A stretch of DNA of 61,915 nucleotides, counting the filler. It is 13 parts of 13 records of this genome, joined end to end, with 100 filler letters (N's around TTAATTAATTAA, not from the genome) between each part and the next. Parts side by side here need not be neighbours in the genome. Positions count along the whole stretch, not along the records: positions 1 to 4,931 come from SRR7504441_19104; positions 5,032 to 9,653 come from SRR7504441_19113; positions 9,754 to 13,572 come from SRR7504441_19115; 10 more parts are not named here. The stretch is one strand, 5' to 3'. A program made the position numbers and the translations under genes. The notes under the pieces are model-generated. The model ran no database searches and had not been told where the DNA came from. It worked only from the letters and a program-made list of their open reading frames with translations. Shown piece by piece: positions 1 to 10,758 of this stretch (the stretch's first letter is position 1; each line of letters starts with the position of its first letter).

Positions 1-417
1 CGCACACACTCGTCGCGGGCCCATGGCAAGGGGAGGGGGACGAGCAGGGGCGCAAGGGTGAGGGTCACCGGCTGCTTTCGTATACTGTCCCAGCTGTCCT
101 TGTCGCCTGGGCGCCACCAACTCAGTCGATGGGAGCGGGGGAGGGGGGGGACCGAATCCGGAGGAGGAGGCGGACATGACTGGGGGCTTGAATGTGATTT
201 GCCGCTGCGTCCGGCTCGCGTCGCAGGGGCGGGCATGGCTCACCATGAGCAGCGAGGAGGCTGACGCAGCACGGATGGTCTGCATTGTTGTTGGGTTTTA
301 CGCTCGTCTACTGGAAAATTCAATTAATGTGGCTGGCCATGGGAAAATCAAAGCTCAGCTGCGGCTGCAGGGGATCCACAGAGGAGGCACACACAAGGGG
401 CAGCCTCAAAGGGTGCG

Positions 418-1311
418 ATGCTCAAGGAACCGGCCGGCGGGCAAGCCTCCGGGCGGACCCGGCCGAAGCCACTGCCGCTCAGCTTCAAGCAAAAGCTGCG
501 CCGGAAGGAACGCCGCGCCGACGCCGAGCGGCGGGCCCAAAACTCGCCCATCCTCGGGGACTCGCCGCTCTCGTCTCCCGAGGACGAGTTCGGCACTTGC
601 ATCAACAGCGACCAGATCCGGCAGATCCAGCAAGAGGGCGGCTCGTGCATTGAGACGTGCCTCGCCCCCCGGGGCCGCTCTGACGGTGTTCACAGGTCGG
701 CCTCCCCGCGCTCCCCCGGAAAGGCAGTGCCGGTCGCTGGGGGGTCGCACGTGCTGCTTCGAGATATGAATAAATCCCGGCTGACCCGGTACCTGGAGAA
801 GAAGCGACAGCCGGTGAATTGGCCGGCGGCGCCCGCCGGAGCGCGGCTGCAGCACTCAAAGGAGCTAAGGACGGATGAGTCCACAAACCTTCACTCAGTG
901 GGGGTGGACCCTAGGGGCCGATCGCGCCAGGCGGGGGGCAAGGTGGGTGGCGCGGTGTCGGGTGTGACGACCGGGCAGGCTCGCAGTAGAGCTCGAGCGG
1001 GCGGTGATGAATGGGAGGAATTCGAGACTGGCAATCGGATGGGATCGGCCTGCAAGCTCAATCATCAGGTCACAGCTAACTCGAGCGGTGTGTTCACTGG
1101 GAGAGCGCAGATGTCACAGCAGTTGGCCGAAGCCCGGCAGAAGGGCGCCAAGCGGGAGACCATCATCTACGGCGTGATTGCGCTGCTGTGTGTGTGCTCT
1201 GGTCGTTTGGATGGCTCAGCGATTGCCATGCGTGTCGTGTGTTGCATCATCGTCGCCATTGTGATGAAAGCGTTCAATATCTCCAAGCTGGAGATACCTG
1301 GTTTGAGTTGA
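418..1311 (+). CDS. hypothetical protein with C-terminal hydrophobic segments
   Basis: 297-aa ORF ending in two hydrophobic stretches (IIYGVIALLCVC, VVCCIIVAIVM) and followed by AT-rich intergenic DNA. No family recognised; start uncertain. Confidence 0.4.
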   Translation: MLKEPAGGQASGRTRPKPLPLSFKQKLRRKERRADAERRAQNSPILGDSPLSSPEDEFGTCINSDQIRQIQQEGGSCIETCLAPRGRSDGVHRSASPRSPGKAVPVAGGSHVLLRDMNKSRLTRYLEKKRQPVNWPAAPAGARLQHSKELRTDESTNLHSVGVDPRGRSRQAGGKVGGAVSGVTTGQARSRARAGGDEWEEFETGNRMGSACKLNHQVTANSSGVFTGRAQMSQQLAEARQKGAKRETIIYGVIALLCVCSGRLDGSAIAMRVVCCIIVAIVMKAFNISKLEIPGLS

Positions 1312-1463
1312 TCGGGTTGCACCGAGCGCTGTTTTTATTTCAAGCTTTTAATTAGTGGTAGGTACGAGTATTATTATTGTACAGTATGAGTATACTAGGA
1401 ACTTTACAGAAATGTACGAGTACGTACAACATTCACAATTGGAGCCAAGGAGCTCTTGCAAGT

Positions 1464-4400
1464 TCAGATTCGCGGGATGTTGCAACCCGTATCGTCATCA
1501 CAAGCTGGATTCGGACTCACTGGCGTCACTGTCGTGCTAGCATTATCGGTGTACTCGGGCACCCACTCGCATGCTGGATTTGGACACATGACTGCTGCAT
1601 TAGTGACGTCCCCTGTCAGGGAGTTTGACGGGAGAGACAATCGTCCCGGCTGGGGAGCCCCGGTGAGAGCAAGCTTCTTCATTTGGAACTGGCGCCACCT
1701 GTTGCGAGCCGCTTGTTGCTTGTTCGTTAGGCACGCGTCGTGCACCGACGCATCGCGTGTATCAGACTCGCCAGTTGTACTTGCATCCAGCTTTGAGCTG
1801 TGCACAGAAGATATGCCTGTCGAGAGGGTATTGAGCTCCAGCGTGAGTCCAGTTTCTGGATCGGTGAACTCGCCTTGTTGGCTTGTTTTGGAGGGTGCGA
1901 TATACAGGACCTCACTGTCTTGGTGCACTTTGGCACTTCTTGATTTTGTAGAGTCGTTTCGTGGTGACGCAACTTGATAAATCACCTCTCGGCGTGCTTT
2001 GACGCGGTGACCGTAATAGTGCACCCACAGGATGACTGCCGTTATCTCAACAGCGCTCAAGCATGAAAACAGAATCAAGGGGCCGAGTCCAAACTCCAGG
2101 TCCAGCATGACGAACACTGCCATTGCCAAACCTAGCAGAATCACCAACACGCGGAACCGCCGTGCAGGGAACTGTACAAGCACCCAGACGGCCAGTCGCT
2201 TTTCGAAACGCATCACGTCGTGGTCGTTCAACCAGCGCAGCGCACAGAGCTGAAGCCAGACCAATCCCGGGATCAGCACAAGTAAAAGGGGCATCATGCT
2301 CCCAAAGACACTTGCAATCATCAGCGTGGTCAGGAGCTGCACCAGCTCGGATTGCATTTCATAGACTGCCTGGTAGGTTCTAGTGTAGTCGTCTGCATCC
2401 GCACCAGAAGAACGGCCAAGACACCGGCTCCAGGCAGACTTGACCCGCATTGAGAGTGCTCTCATCCACGGTAACGCCTGGATCAGCCACCTGGCAGGCG
2501 AGAAGAGCGCATTGAACAGCAGCATCTGGACCCACACCTACCAATGACCAGCTCAGACAAAACTTGGCATCCGTGGGCAGTCACGTATCCAAAGCTTCGA
2601 ATCATAATCCTCGAGCAGAACTGGTACCGGTAGGCATAGAAGCCAGTTTGTCCGATGCCCCAGGCCTCAAGGAGGGCATGCAGATCAGGATTGAAAGCCA
2701 GGTAGTACCTGCCGTTGGCATCAGCGGGATGGATACTCCTAGTGTGATTCATGCTATGATCACCTGAGACAGCTCTCGTCCAGCAAGAAAACAGCAACCA
2801 TTGGTGCCAGGACGACACCGAAGACATCACAATACAAAGCGACAACGACCTGCGTCTTGAGAAAATCCAGGAGATGTGGGTAGTCGATAGGTGGCGTACC
2901 CTTGACAGAATGCTTAAGGCGTGCCAAGAAAACAGCCACTCGCGGTACCACAAGTGATTGAACTCCCATGTTCAGTACAGTCGTGACCAGAGAATTTCCA
3001 AGGATCACAACAATTGAACTGACAGTAGGGCTTAGGTCAGCTGTCGACATGTTGTTCGCGAGCACATCTGTCAGGATGTCACTCTGCTAGATGTGATCGC
3101 TAGGGCGAGACTTACATGCACAGGAAGGCAACGCAACGACAAACAGCACAGGCAGTGTGGCTAATGCGTAGACTACTCGGCGTATCACACCAACACGTCT
3201 CTCCACCGCGCTGCGATACCACCAGTTCCTTACCACCCGTGCGCTCATAGAGCGCAAACAGCATCCATCGGAGGGCCCGCAGGTCCTCGCCGAGGCACAG
3301 AAGTCAGACAACCCTCGGATGAATTCCCTTGCATTCGCAACCTGGCTACCCGCTGCCAATCTTGACGTCAGCAAGCTCGCAACTGCGACAAGCAACGAAC
3401 TGAGCACCACCCAGACGTACTCATACGCCGTATCAGGAATGATCGGTTCAGTGGTCAGTCTTAGGAACGGATCTCCAGAGCCCCCGTAGCTGTCATATAG
3501 CCCATCTGTCGCCAGATTAAGGATGATCAAACTAAGGCCCAGAACTGCAAGCAATGCCATCACCGCTGCAGAACGCTGCAAACAAAGAATATCAATCCAA
3601 AATACGCCGTATACTGGCGCTATGCCTCCTCACCTTCAGAACATGTTGCATCACACCAGCCTCGCGCCTCGGCATATCCACTGTACGCTGCACAAAGTAC
3701 CTGCTCAGATGCGCGCAGTACGTGCGGGTGCACTGCCCCGGCCAGACGGCAGCCAGCACTGCGGCGAGGTGCATCAGAGTCAGGAGTGGCAACACGAGCC
3801 AGAGGAGCTGCTTGAGATTGCCATGCCCTGAAAATAAGCTGTGCCGGCCTCGTCGGACCCGATCTCGCTGAAGCAGGTTGCTGGCTGGGATTTTTGGTAT
3901 GGAAGCGGCCGAGGTAGTGAGCTCAGTATTGCCGCTGAAAACCCAACAAAGTGTCGGGAAGCTCTCTGGCTCGATCCCCACGAAAGGATTAACATTGGAA
4001 AACTTGGACAGGTAGTCGCCTTCCCTTTCCATTGCTTCGGCATTCGGCTCTGCGAAGGAGTTACTGCTCAGCCCAAGCTCAACAGCGCCGTCTAACGCCA
4101 CGACATCGCCAGATAGATGGTTGGAGCCCAGTAGTAGCGTTTTCAAGTTGACGGCGTCCTCTAGTACATCGGTCCGGCCTCTTAGGTAGTTCCGAGCCAG
4201 TGAGAGCGTCTCAAGCCTCCATGTGGTACTGCCACCACCGCAGGCACAGCATGCCAGGAGGGCGGTGTAGTCGTAGGTCGGGTAGTTGTCTGCTGTATTC
4301 GCCACAGGCAACGATTTATCCCCTGCATTGCATCGGCTGAAGCCAGGTGGCATGGTCAACGCAGTAAAAATGCCCAGTCTCCAGTACTCCCATGCTTTGC

Positions 4401-4931
4401 TTGAGCTGTTGTACCAGTCGCAGCTGCAGCCCAACCATCGACTCTCATTGTTCGGGTCCCGACAGAACTGCGTGTCTTCTGTTGGAAAGACAAAATTCGA
4501 CTGGGTAGGATACGTCAGCACCCTGGAGTCGCGCCAGGGCTGGCCGTCGGGACCAGCAAGGTCTACACACGTGCTGTTGCCCCGGCCTTCGCTCTGCCAG
4601 CTGCTTGGAATGCTACCAGACAGCCGTAGGCCGTTGGCTAGCAGCGTCTTCAAAACTGGAAGGTCCCTGAGCGCCGATGGGAGGGTCCCACTGAGCCGTG
4701 GATTGTTTGAGACCGCCAGTGTCTCCAGAGCAGGCATGCCATGAAGGAATGCATCGCCAATAGTACCCGAGATTTGGTTGTCTGTGACCAGCAGCGTGTG
4801 CAGGCTAAGCCGTTGTCTGTCCGACAAAGGAGGTAGCGTTCCTTGAATACTGCAACCCTGACACAGCACACCACTATCAGTTTGGCAAGAGTCAAGGCCA
4901 GAGCTGAGCAGACCTGAAGCAGCGCGATCTT
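1464..4931 (-). CDS. LRR receptor-like multi-pass membrane protein, 5'-partial, multi-exon
   Basis: Plant-type LRRs (LVTDNQISGTIG, LAVSNNPRLSGTLP, LLANGLRLSGSIP) and a Cys-rich insert ending CCACGGG. Consecutive minus-strand ORFs (3592-4869, 3087-3581, 2760-3065, 1464-2537) carry many TM helices and are separated by intron-sized gaps. Confidence 0.7.
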
Positions 4932-5031
4932 NNNNNNNNNNNNNNNNNNNNNNNNNNNNNNNNNNNNNNNNNNNNTTAATTAATTAANNNNNNNNNNNNN
5001 NNNNNNNNNNNNNNNNNNNNNNNNNNNNNNN
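4932..5031. other. artificial contig linker (first of 12)
   Basis: N-run + TTAATTAATTAA (stops in all six frames) + N-run, 100 nt. Others at 9654-9753, 13573-13672, 17488-17587, 22531-22630, 25805-25904, 29680-29779, 36875-36974, 45104-45203, 48894-48993, 53592-53691, 58571-58670. Confidence 0.99.
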
Positions 5032-5356
5032 GGTGTGGGTATACCCAAAGAGCCGAGAGACAGCGTCGCCAGCAAACAAGAAAGGTAGCCAAGAGTTCAG
5101 CGAGAGGAGCCAGATTGGTCAGAGCTGCCGGGTGGGCCCGAGATTGGTCGTGTGGGCCCGAGAAGAGTTCAGCGTGTCGCCACTGCCCCGTGCTGTGCAG
5201 TGGGGCAGCCCACGCTGGGTGGGTACAGAGCCTGGCTTGACGGAGCATTGGCTTGTGTGAACAACAACAACCTGCTGAAGACGCGGCAACTGCCCGGGTG
5301 CGGGGATGGCGCTGCTGCGCGCGAACCGTGAGTTGGAGCGCTGAGTGTGCGGGGTC

Positions 5357-6556
5357 ATGCTGCTGGACGGGTTCATCGAGCGGCTGTACCGGGGCGAGCT
5401 GCTGCGCGAGTCGGAGGTGGTCGGCCCGCCGGGCCGGGCCGAGGCCGGGCAGCTGGCGCTGGTGTGCGCCCAGCTGCAGGACGCGCTGCTCGACGAGTCA
5501 AACGTGCTGCCGATCAGCACGCCGGTCACAGTGTGTGGGGACGTGCACGGACAGTTCGACGATCTACTCGAGATATTCCGGGTGGGCGGCCGCTGCCCCG
5601 ACACCAACTACACCTTCCTGGGTGCCGGCCGGCCCGGGGCTGCCCGGCAGCCGCGGGGGAGGCGACTTTGTGGACCGGGGGCACGACAGCGTGGAGACAA
5701 TCAGCCTGCTGGCCTGCCTCAAGCTGCGGCACCCGGGCCGGATCTCGCTGCTGCGGGGCAATCACGAGTCCCGCCAGATTACTCAGGTCTACGGCTTCTA
5801 CGCCGAGTGCCTGCGCAAATACGGCGGCTCCGCAGCCCCCTGGCGCTGCTTCACGGACATGTCTCCCCCCCGAGTAGCCTGCGCCCAGCCCGGGGTCAGG
5901 TTTGACTATCTGCCGATCGCCGGGCTGATCGACGAGAGGGTGATGTGCGTGCACGGCGGTCAGAGCCCGCCAGCCCACCCGTGAGCCGGCGCAGGGCTCT
6001 CGCCGTCGGCGCACACGCTGGACCAGATCCGGGCGGCGTTCCGGTTCCAGGAGGTGCCGCACGAGGGGCTGCTGGCCGACCTGCTCTGGTCGGACCCGTC
6101 GACCGAGTGCGACGGGTTTGAGAGCTCGGCCCGGTGCGTGAGGCCGCACGGCCGGCGCGAGCCCCGGGGCAGCGGGGCCGGCTACTTGTTCGGGGCGGAG
6201 GTGGTCCAACGGTTTTTGTGGACCAACTCGCTTGAGAGCATCATCCGCGGGCACCAGCTGTGCACGGAGGGCTTCCAGAGCCTGTTCGACGATCAGCTGG
6301 TCACGGTCTGGTCGGCCCCTAATTACTGCTACCGGTGCGGCAACCTGGCCTGCCTGCTAGAGCTCGGCGAGAAGGCCGCCACCGCCCCCGTCTCCGAGTG
6401 GCACTTCAACCAGGCGCCGGCCGGTCTGCCGTTGCGGGCTGAGTTGGGCGACAGTTTAGTGCGGTGCCGCCTGAGCTGCGGCGCAAGTACAGCTCGGGGG
6501 TGGGCGACGGGCCGGGGGAGCCGGACGACGAGGAGTTGCCGGACTACTTTCTATGA
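5357..6556 (+). CDS. PPG1: PP2A-family Ser/Thr phosphatase catalytic subunit, PPG1-like, 6 introns, 322 aa
   Basis: Removing introns 5417-5452, 5622-5661, 5861-5899, 5959-5994, 6134-6172 and 6414-6454 (GC-AG) gives a continuous ORF with [39 protein letters not shown] and C-terminal DYFL*. The N-terminus [14 protein letters not shown] resembles fungal Ppg1. Confidence 0.88.
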
Positions 6557-6594
6557 CGTCGGTTTAAATAAAGGCCTAAGTAGTAAATTAATGG

Positions 6595-6921
6595 CTACAC
6601 GATGTGGCAACCGGCTAGGTCCGGGTCAGCCGTCGGCACCCGTTCGAACACCAAGCGGCTCCGGCCCATCTTGCCGGCTCGGTTGATCGTCCCGTAGATC
6701 GCTTCCGCCGTGCCCGAGGCCATTCCAGCCAGCCAGTGGAACAGGTGCAGCGCCAGGACGGCCAGCGCGCCCGGCTTGGCCGGCTGGCTGGTCCGATCGG
6801 GCACCGGTCGGCTCTTGCCGGTGCGGTTGACTCTGAAGCGCGACCGCCTGATCTGGACAGGCAAAGCTGCCCGGCCCATGTAGTCCGGCACCGGCAGGCA
6901 GCTCCGCAGCTCGCGCGCCAT
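6595..6921 (-). CDS. small hypothetical protein
   Basis: 108-aa ATG ORF ending in the AT-rich gap convergent with the phosphatase. No motif recognised. Confidence 0.3.
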   Translation of the reverse strand: MARELRSCLPVPDYMGRAALPVQIRRSRFRVNRTGKSRPVPDRTSQPAKPGALAVLALHLFHWLAGMASGTAEAIYGTINRAGKMGRSRLVFERVPTADPDLAGCHIV

Positions 6922-6985
6922 GCGCCGTCTGGTTGTGAAGCCACCCGAGCCGGCCTCTTCGCTTCGAGCTGTTCAACCGGTCAAA

Positions 6986-6997
6986 TTTTCCCGCCAA
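6986..6997 (+). promoter_or_regulatory. E2F-like site TTTTCCCGCCAA just upstream of trmL
   Basis: Matches the TTTSSCGC consensus, 15 nt before the ATG at 7013. Single occurrence, so it may be chance. Confidence 0.25.
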
Positions 6998-7012
6998 CCC
7001 GGTGCCACTTTG

Positions 7013-7667
7013 ATGGCTGGGCGTGTGGCCCGGGTGGTGCTGGTCAGCCCGGTGGTGCCGCACAACACCGGGGCGATCGGGCGGACCTGCCTGGGACTGG
7101 GCGCCGAGCTCCACCTGGTCCACCCGCTCGGTTTCGACCTCTCCTCCGCCGGTGCCGCCGCGCGGGGCCAGCTCAGTGGGCTGCAGCGCTCAAGCGGGCT
7201 GGGCTGGACTACTGGCCGAGGCTCCGGGTGGCCGAGCACGACAGCTGGGCCGCCTTCCGCACCGCGGAGCTCCAGACGCCGGAGCGCCGGGCAGGGGCGG
7301 TCATCTTCTCGCGGGCCGGCCGGTTCGGGGCGAGCAGCCTGTTCGAGCACAGGCGCCGGCCGATCGGGCGTCGGGCGAGCGGGTGGCAGGTTCGAGTGCG
7401 GGCCAGAGGCGGAGGTTAGCCTGATCTTCGGCTCGGAGCAGGAAGGAGTGCGCAGCCTGCCGGCGGCCGACCGGGAGCAGCTGACCAAGCTTTTCCTGCC
7501 GATGGACGACAGCCAGATCCGGTCCGGGCTACTAGCGGGGCGGGGCGAACCGGGGCAGGTCGTACAACCTGGCCAACGCGGCGGCTGTTGGGCTGTTCGA
7601 GCTGCACCGGCAGTGGCACCGGGCTCTCACTAGCAATTCGGGCGTTCAGCATGACCAACCGGATTAG
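7013..7667 (+). CDS. trmL: SpoU/TrmL-type tRNA (C34/U34) 2'-O-methyltransferase, 3 introns, 181 aa
   Basis: Removing introns 7152-7186, 7353-7389 (GC-AG) and 7522-7558 gives PHNTGAIGRTC, HLVHPLGF, LKRAGLDYW, LIFGSEQEG and RSYNLANAA, the TrmL/YibK motifs. Confidence 0.92.
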
Positions 7668-7746
7668 AGTGCCGTATCTTCGTATCTTTTCTCACATAAT
7701 TTGTACTCAATTTTATCAATATATTTGGATTACTATGACCGGCATG

Positions 7747-9522
7747 CTATAAGAGCGCCGAGGTGGCCGTGAGCACGAAGTCGCCGAGCTCGAACGAGTC
7801 GACAGGGGTCTGGCACACCGGGCAAACCGCATCCGGGTCCTCAGCCAGCTGCTCCGAGCAGCTCCGGCAGGTGACCGCGTGGAGGCACGGCTGCAGCCGG
7901 GCTCCGCGCGGGTTGGCCTGGCAGACCAGGCAGTGCTGGACCCCTCGCTGCATCGGGGAGGCGATCTCCTCCTGCACCCGCTCGCTGAGCTCCCACACCT
8001 CCTCCAGCACTTGATTCATCTCGCCCAGCCCCGGCCGGTGCTTCCGCCGCTTGGCGCAGCACTGCAGCCCGAGCTTGAGCACCACAGCCGCGGCCGGCAG
8101 GTGCCAGCCGGCCTTGGCGTCCACCAGCAGGGTGGCGGCCATCAGATATGGGTTGCCCTTGCCCATCCCTTGCCCCTCCTCCACCTCATCCACCACCTCC
8201 TCGCAGTGAGACAGCAGCGTCATCCCGGACGGCAGCATCGCCTTCTGACCAGTGAGCACCTCGAGCAGCACCACCCCGAGCCCGAAGATGTCCGACCACT
8301 CGCCGTAGCTCATGGTGGCCGCGAACTCCGGGTCAATGTAGCCCGGTGTCCCGGCCACCTTCATCGTGTGGCACCAGGTCGCTGCCCCGTGATGAGTCCG
8401 CGCGAGCCCTACGTCGGTCAGCGCGGCCTGGTCGTGCGAGTCCAGCAGGATGTTGGCGCTCTTGATGTCCCGGTGCAGCTGCCGGTGCTGGTGGAGCACC
8501 TCCAGTCCGCTCCCAGCCGACCATACCGCGCGCACTCTGCTCGGCCACCGGAGTGGCTCTTTGCTCGGGTCATGCAGTCGGTCCTGCAGCGAGCCGCCCT
8601 CCATCAGCTGGTACACCAGGCACCGATTGCCCTCGTCCAGCGCGATCGCGAGCAGCGGCACAATGTGCTCCGATTGGCAAGTGCCCAATATCGACATTTC
8701 CCTCATAAACTCCTGGTCGCCCTGCGCAGAGCACTCCTCGAGCACTTTGATTGCCACCGGGGTCCCGCGCCACACCCCGCGGTACACCGGCCCGAACCCG
8801 CCCCGGCCGATGATTCGGGCGGCCTCCCAGTCGCCGGTTACCTGGCCCATCTCACTGTAAAGCACCACGTGCACTGGCTCAGTGGACAGCTGGATCTTCT
8901 TCCGCCGGAGCCCAAGCCGGCTCCGGGCCCGCCAGTGGAGCGTGTGCACGCATATGGCCATGGACACCTTGTGTTGGGCCCCGAGCATCGCCTGGAGCAG
9001 TCGCATCCCGGCCCAGTGCATAAACTGCTCCGAGTACATCGAGCCGGTCTCCAGCTCCCGGGCCAACCGGCTCACCTCCTGCTGCTGGGTCTCCACCGCT
9101 GAAGTGGCCAGCTGCTCGGCCTCCTCCACGATCTGGCAGTGCACCTCGGCCGCCCGCCGCTGGTCGTGCAGGGCGGCCTGGTGCTGGGCCCGCAGCGCGT
9201 CCACCGTCTCGCTGAGCGACTCGTTCAGATGGACGATCTTGACGATCTGGTCGGCCCGGGTCTCGGCCACCGCCTGCACCCCCTCCAGCTGGGCCCGCAG
9301 CCCGTCCACGCTCTCGTTGAGCGACTCGAGGTCGGCGCTGGCCCGCCAGAGCTCGTCGCACAGCCGGAGCACTAGCTCGGGGCCCCCCGCCGCCCGGGCC
9401 AGCATCGCCGGGCCCGGCGGCAGGTCGCTCGCGCGAATGGCCGCGATCAGCTGCTCCGGGTTGAGCAGCTCCCCCCCCGGAGCCCCCACAGCCGCCGATC
9501 CAGCGGAGGCCGGGTTGTCCAT
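7747..9522 (-). CDS. coiled-coil + RLK/Pelle(IRAK)-type protein kinase + C-terminal RING
   Basis: Intronless. IGRGGFGPVYRG, VAIK, HRDIKSANILLD, DVG (in place of DFG), GTPGYIDPEF; C-terminal CLVC-x11-CLH-x3-CRSC-x11-CPVC RING. Confidence 0.9.
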   Translation of the reverse strand: MDNPASAGSAAVGAPGGELLNPEQLIAAIRASDLPPGPAMLARAAGGPELVLRLCDELWRASADLESLNESVDGLRAQLEGVQAVAETRADQIVKIVHLNESLSETVDALRAQHQAALHDQRRAAEVHCQIVEEAEQLATSAVETQQQEVSRLARELETGSMYSEQFMHWAGMRLLQAMLGAQHKVSMAICVHTLHWRARSRLGLRRKKIQLSTEPVHVVLYSEMGQVTGDWEAARIIGRGGFGPVYRGVWRGTPVAIKVLEECSAQGDQEFMREMSILGTCQSEHIVPLLAIALDEGNRCLVYQLMEGGSLQDRLHDPSKEPLRWPSRVRAVWSAGSGLEVLHQHRQLHRDIKSANILLDSHDQAALTDVGLARTHHGAATWCHTMKVAGTPGYIDPEFAATMSYGEWSDIFGLGVVLLEVLTGQKAMLPSGMTLLSHCEEVVDEVEEGQGMGKGNPYLMAATLLVDAKAGWHLPAAAVVLKLGLQCCAKRRKHRPGLGEMNQVLEEVWELSERVQEEIASPMQRGVQHCLVCQANPRGARLQPCLHAVTCRSCSEQLAEDPDAVCPVCQTPVDSFELGDFVLTATSALL

Positions 9523-9753
9523 TGCCCGCTTCTGTTGTTGTTGTCGTTGCACCCGGTGCAGAGCTGGTGGTACTGTCCAGACAGCCGACCCGGAACTGTC
9601 AGGGGTTCCGTTAAATGAGACTCGAGAGTCTCACCGTCCGCCGACAAGCGCGANNNNNNNNNNNNNNNNNNNNNNNNNNNNNNNNNNNNNNNNNNNNTTA
9701 ATTAATTAANNNNNNNNNNNNNNNNNNNNNNNNNNNNNNNNNNNNNNNNNNNN

Positions 9754-10002
9754 GTGCGTGATTTATTGACAGCTCAGCAGGAGGCTGGGGAGCTCTACTG
9801 TGTGTGCCTGCAGCCGGATGATGGCTCAGAGTTAATTGGCTGTGAGGGCGTTTGCGAGGGATGGTTCCATCCAGAGTGCCTTGGGATGAGCTCAGACGAG
9901 GCGCAGCAAGCCCGCAAGACTTTTCCTTGGCAATGCCCTGAGTGCAAGCGGGGGGGGGGAGGTCGCAGATGCGAACCTGGTGTGAGCCATGATCCGTGCT
10001 AG
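9754..10002 (+). CDS. PHD-finger protein, 3' fragment
   Basis: YCVC...LIGCEGVCEGWFHPECLG...WQCPEC; starts at the contig edge. Confidence 0.8.
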   Translation: MRDLLTAQQEAGELYCVCLQPDDGSELIGCEGVCEGWFHPECLGMSSDEAQQARKTFPWQCPECKRGGGGRRCEPGVSHDPC

Positions 10003-10179
10003 CGATGGCTTGACACCAGGCCGGCCAATGAGTGTCAATTGGGCCTGAGCAGCCCGTGTACTCAATTCATCACGTATGCCTCAATTCAAGAACTTCCCCA
10101 ACTGTTGAATCTGATCGCTTTGGTTAGGCCGCTTGCGTGCACTTGAATGCTATAGATGACAATACAGCCGTATAACGTA

Positions 10180-10746
10180 TCACTCGATGCCATCACTCTG
10201 ATGCTTCTCGCCATCACTCGATGCCATCTCACCCACACTCGCCTCCTGCTCGCCCACCCTGCCACTCAGCTCCGCTGCCTCGGCCTGCTTGGCTTCCAAA
10301 GCAGCCTCCGACTCATCACGCTTCTGCTCAGCCGCTGCAAGCGCAGCTTGGTGTGATCGCCTGTCCTCCTCGCGGGGGGCTTGGCTCCGCCTCACCTGAC
10401 ACCCCGACCCTGAGCCTCTAAGCTTTGCCACCCCGCCACCGCCTCCTCCATTGCAGTGCTATGCTTGTCCTCAAGTGCCTGGACAACGTCCCTCTGCGCC
10501 GCATCCTCGCCCGAGAGCGCCTCCGCGTCTTCCGCCCGAGCTTCCACACTCTGGGCCCGCGCCTCCGCTGCCTGGTCGCCCGTCAGATCCGACCGACTGG
10601 GCAGCGAGCGCCTGTAGGTTCGCCGGCGATTCGGTGAGGGAGGCTACCGTCTGCTGCAGCACGGTGCTCAGCTCGAGCACCTTGGCCTGCTCCGCGGCCA
10701 CAATCCCCCGGTACCTGCTGGAGCCCGCCCTGCCCGACCATTTCAC
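10180..10746 (-). CDS. hypothetical coiled-coil protein, intron-containing, boundaries uncertain
   Basis: Ala/Glu/Gln-rich heptad segments joinable through ~35-40-nt introns; no clear start codon. Confidence 0.3.
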
Positions 10747-10758
10747 TCGAGTGAAAAA

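Noticed and set aside
7879-9709. Long antisense or alternative-frame ORFs (also 31882-33156, 16168-16767, 24647-25603 and many others)
   Set aside because: These are shadow ORFs of GC3-rich real genes, with no recognisable motifs.
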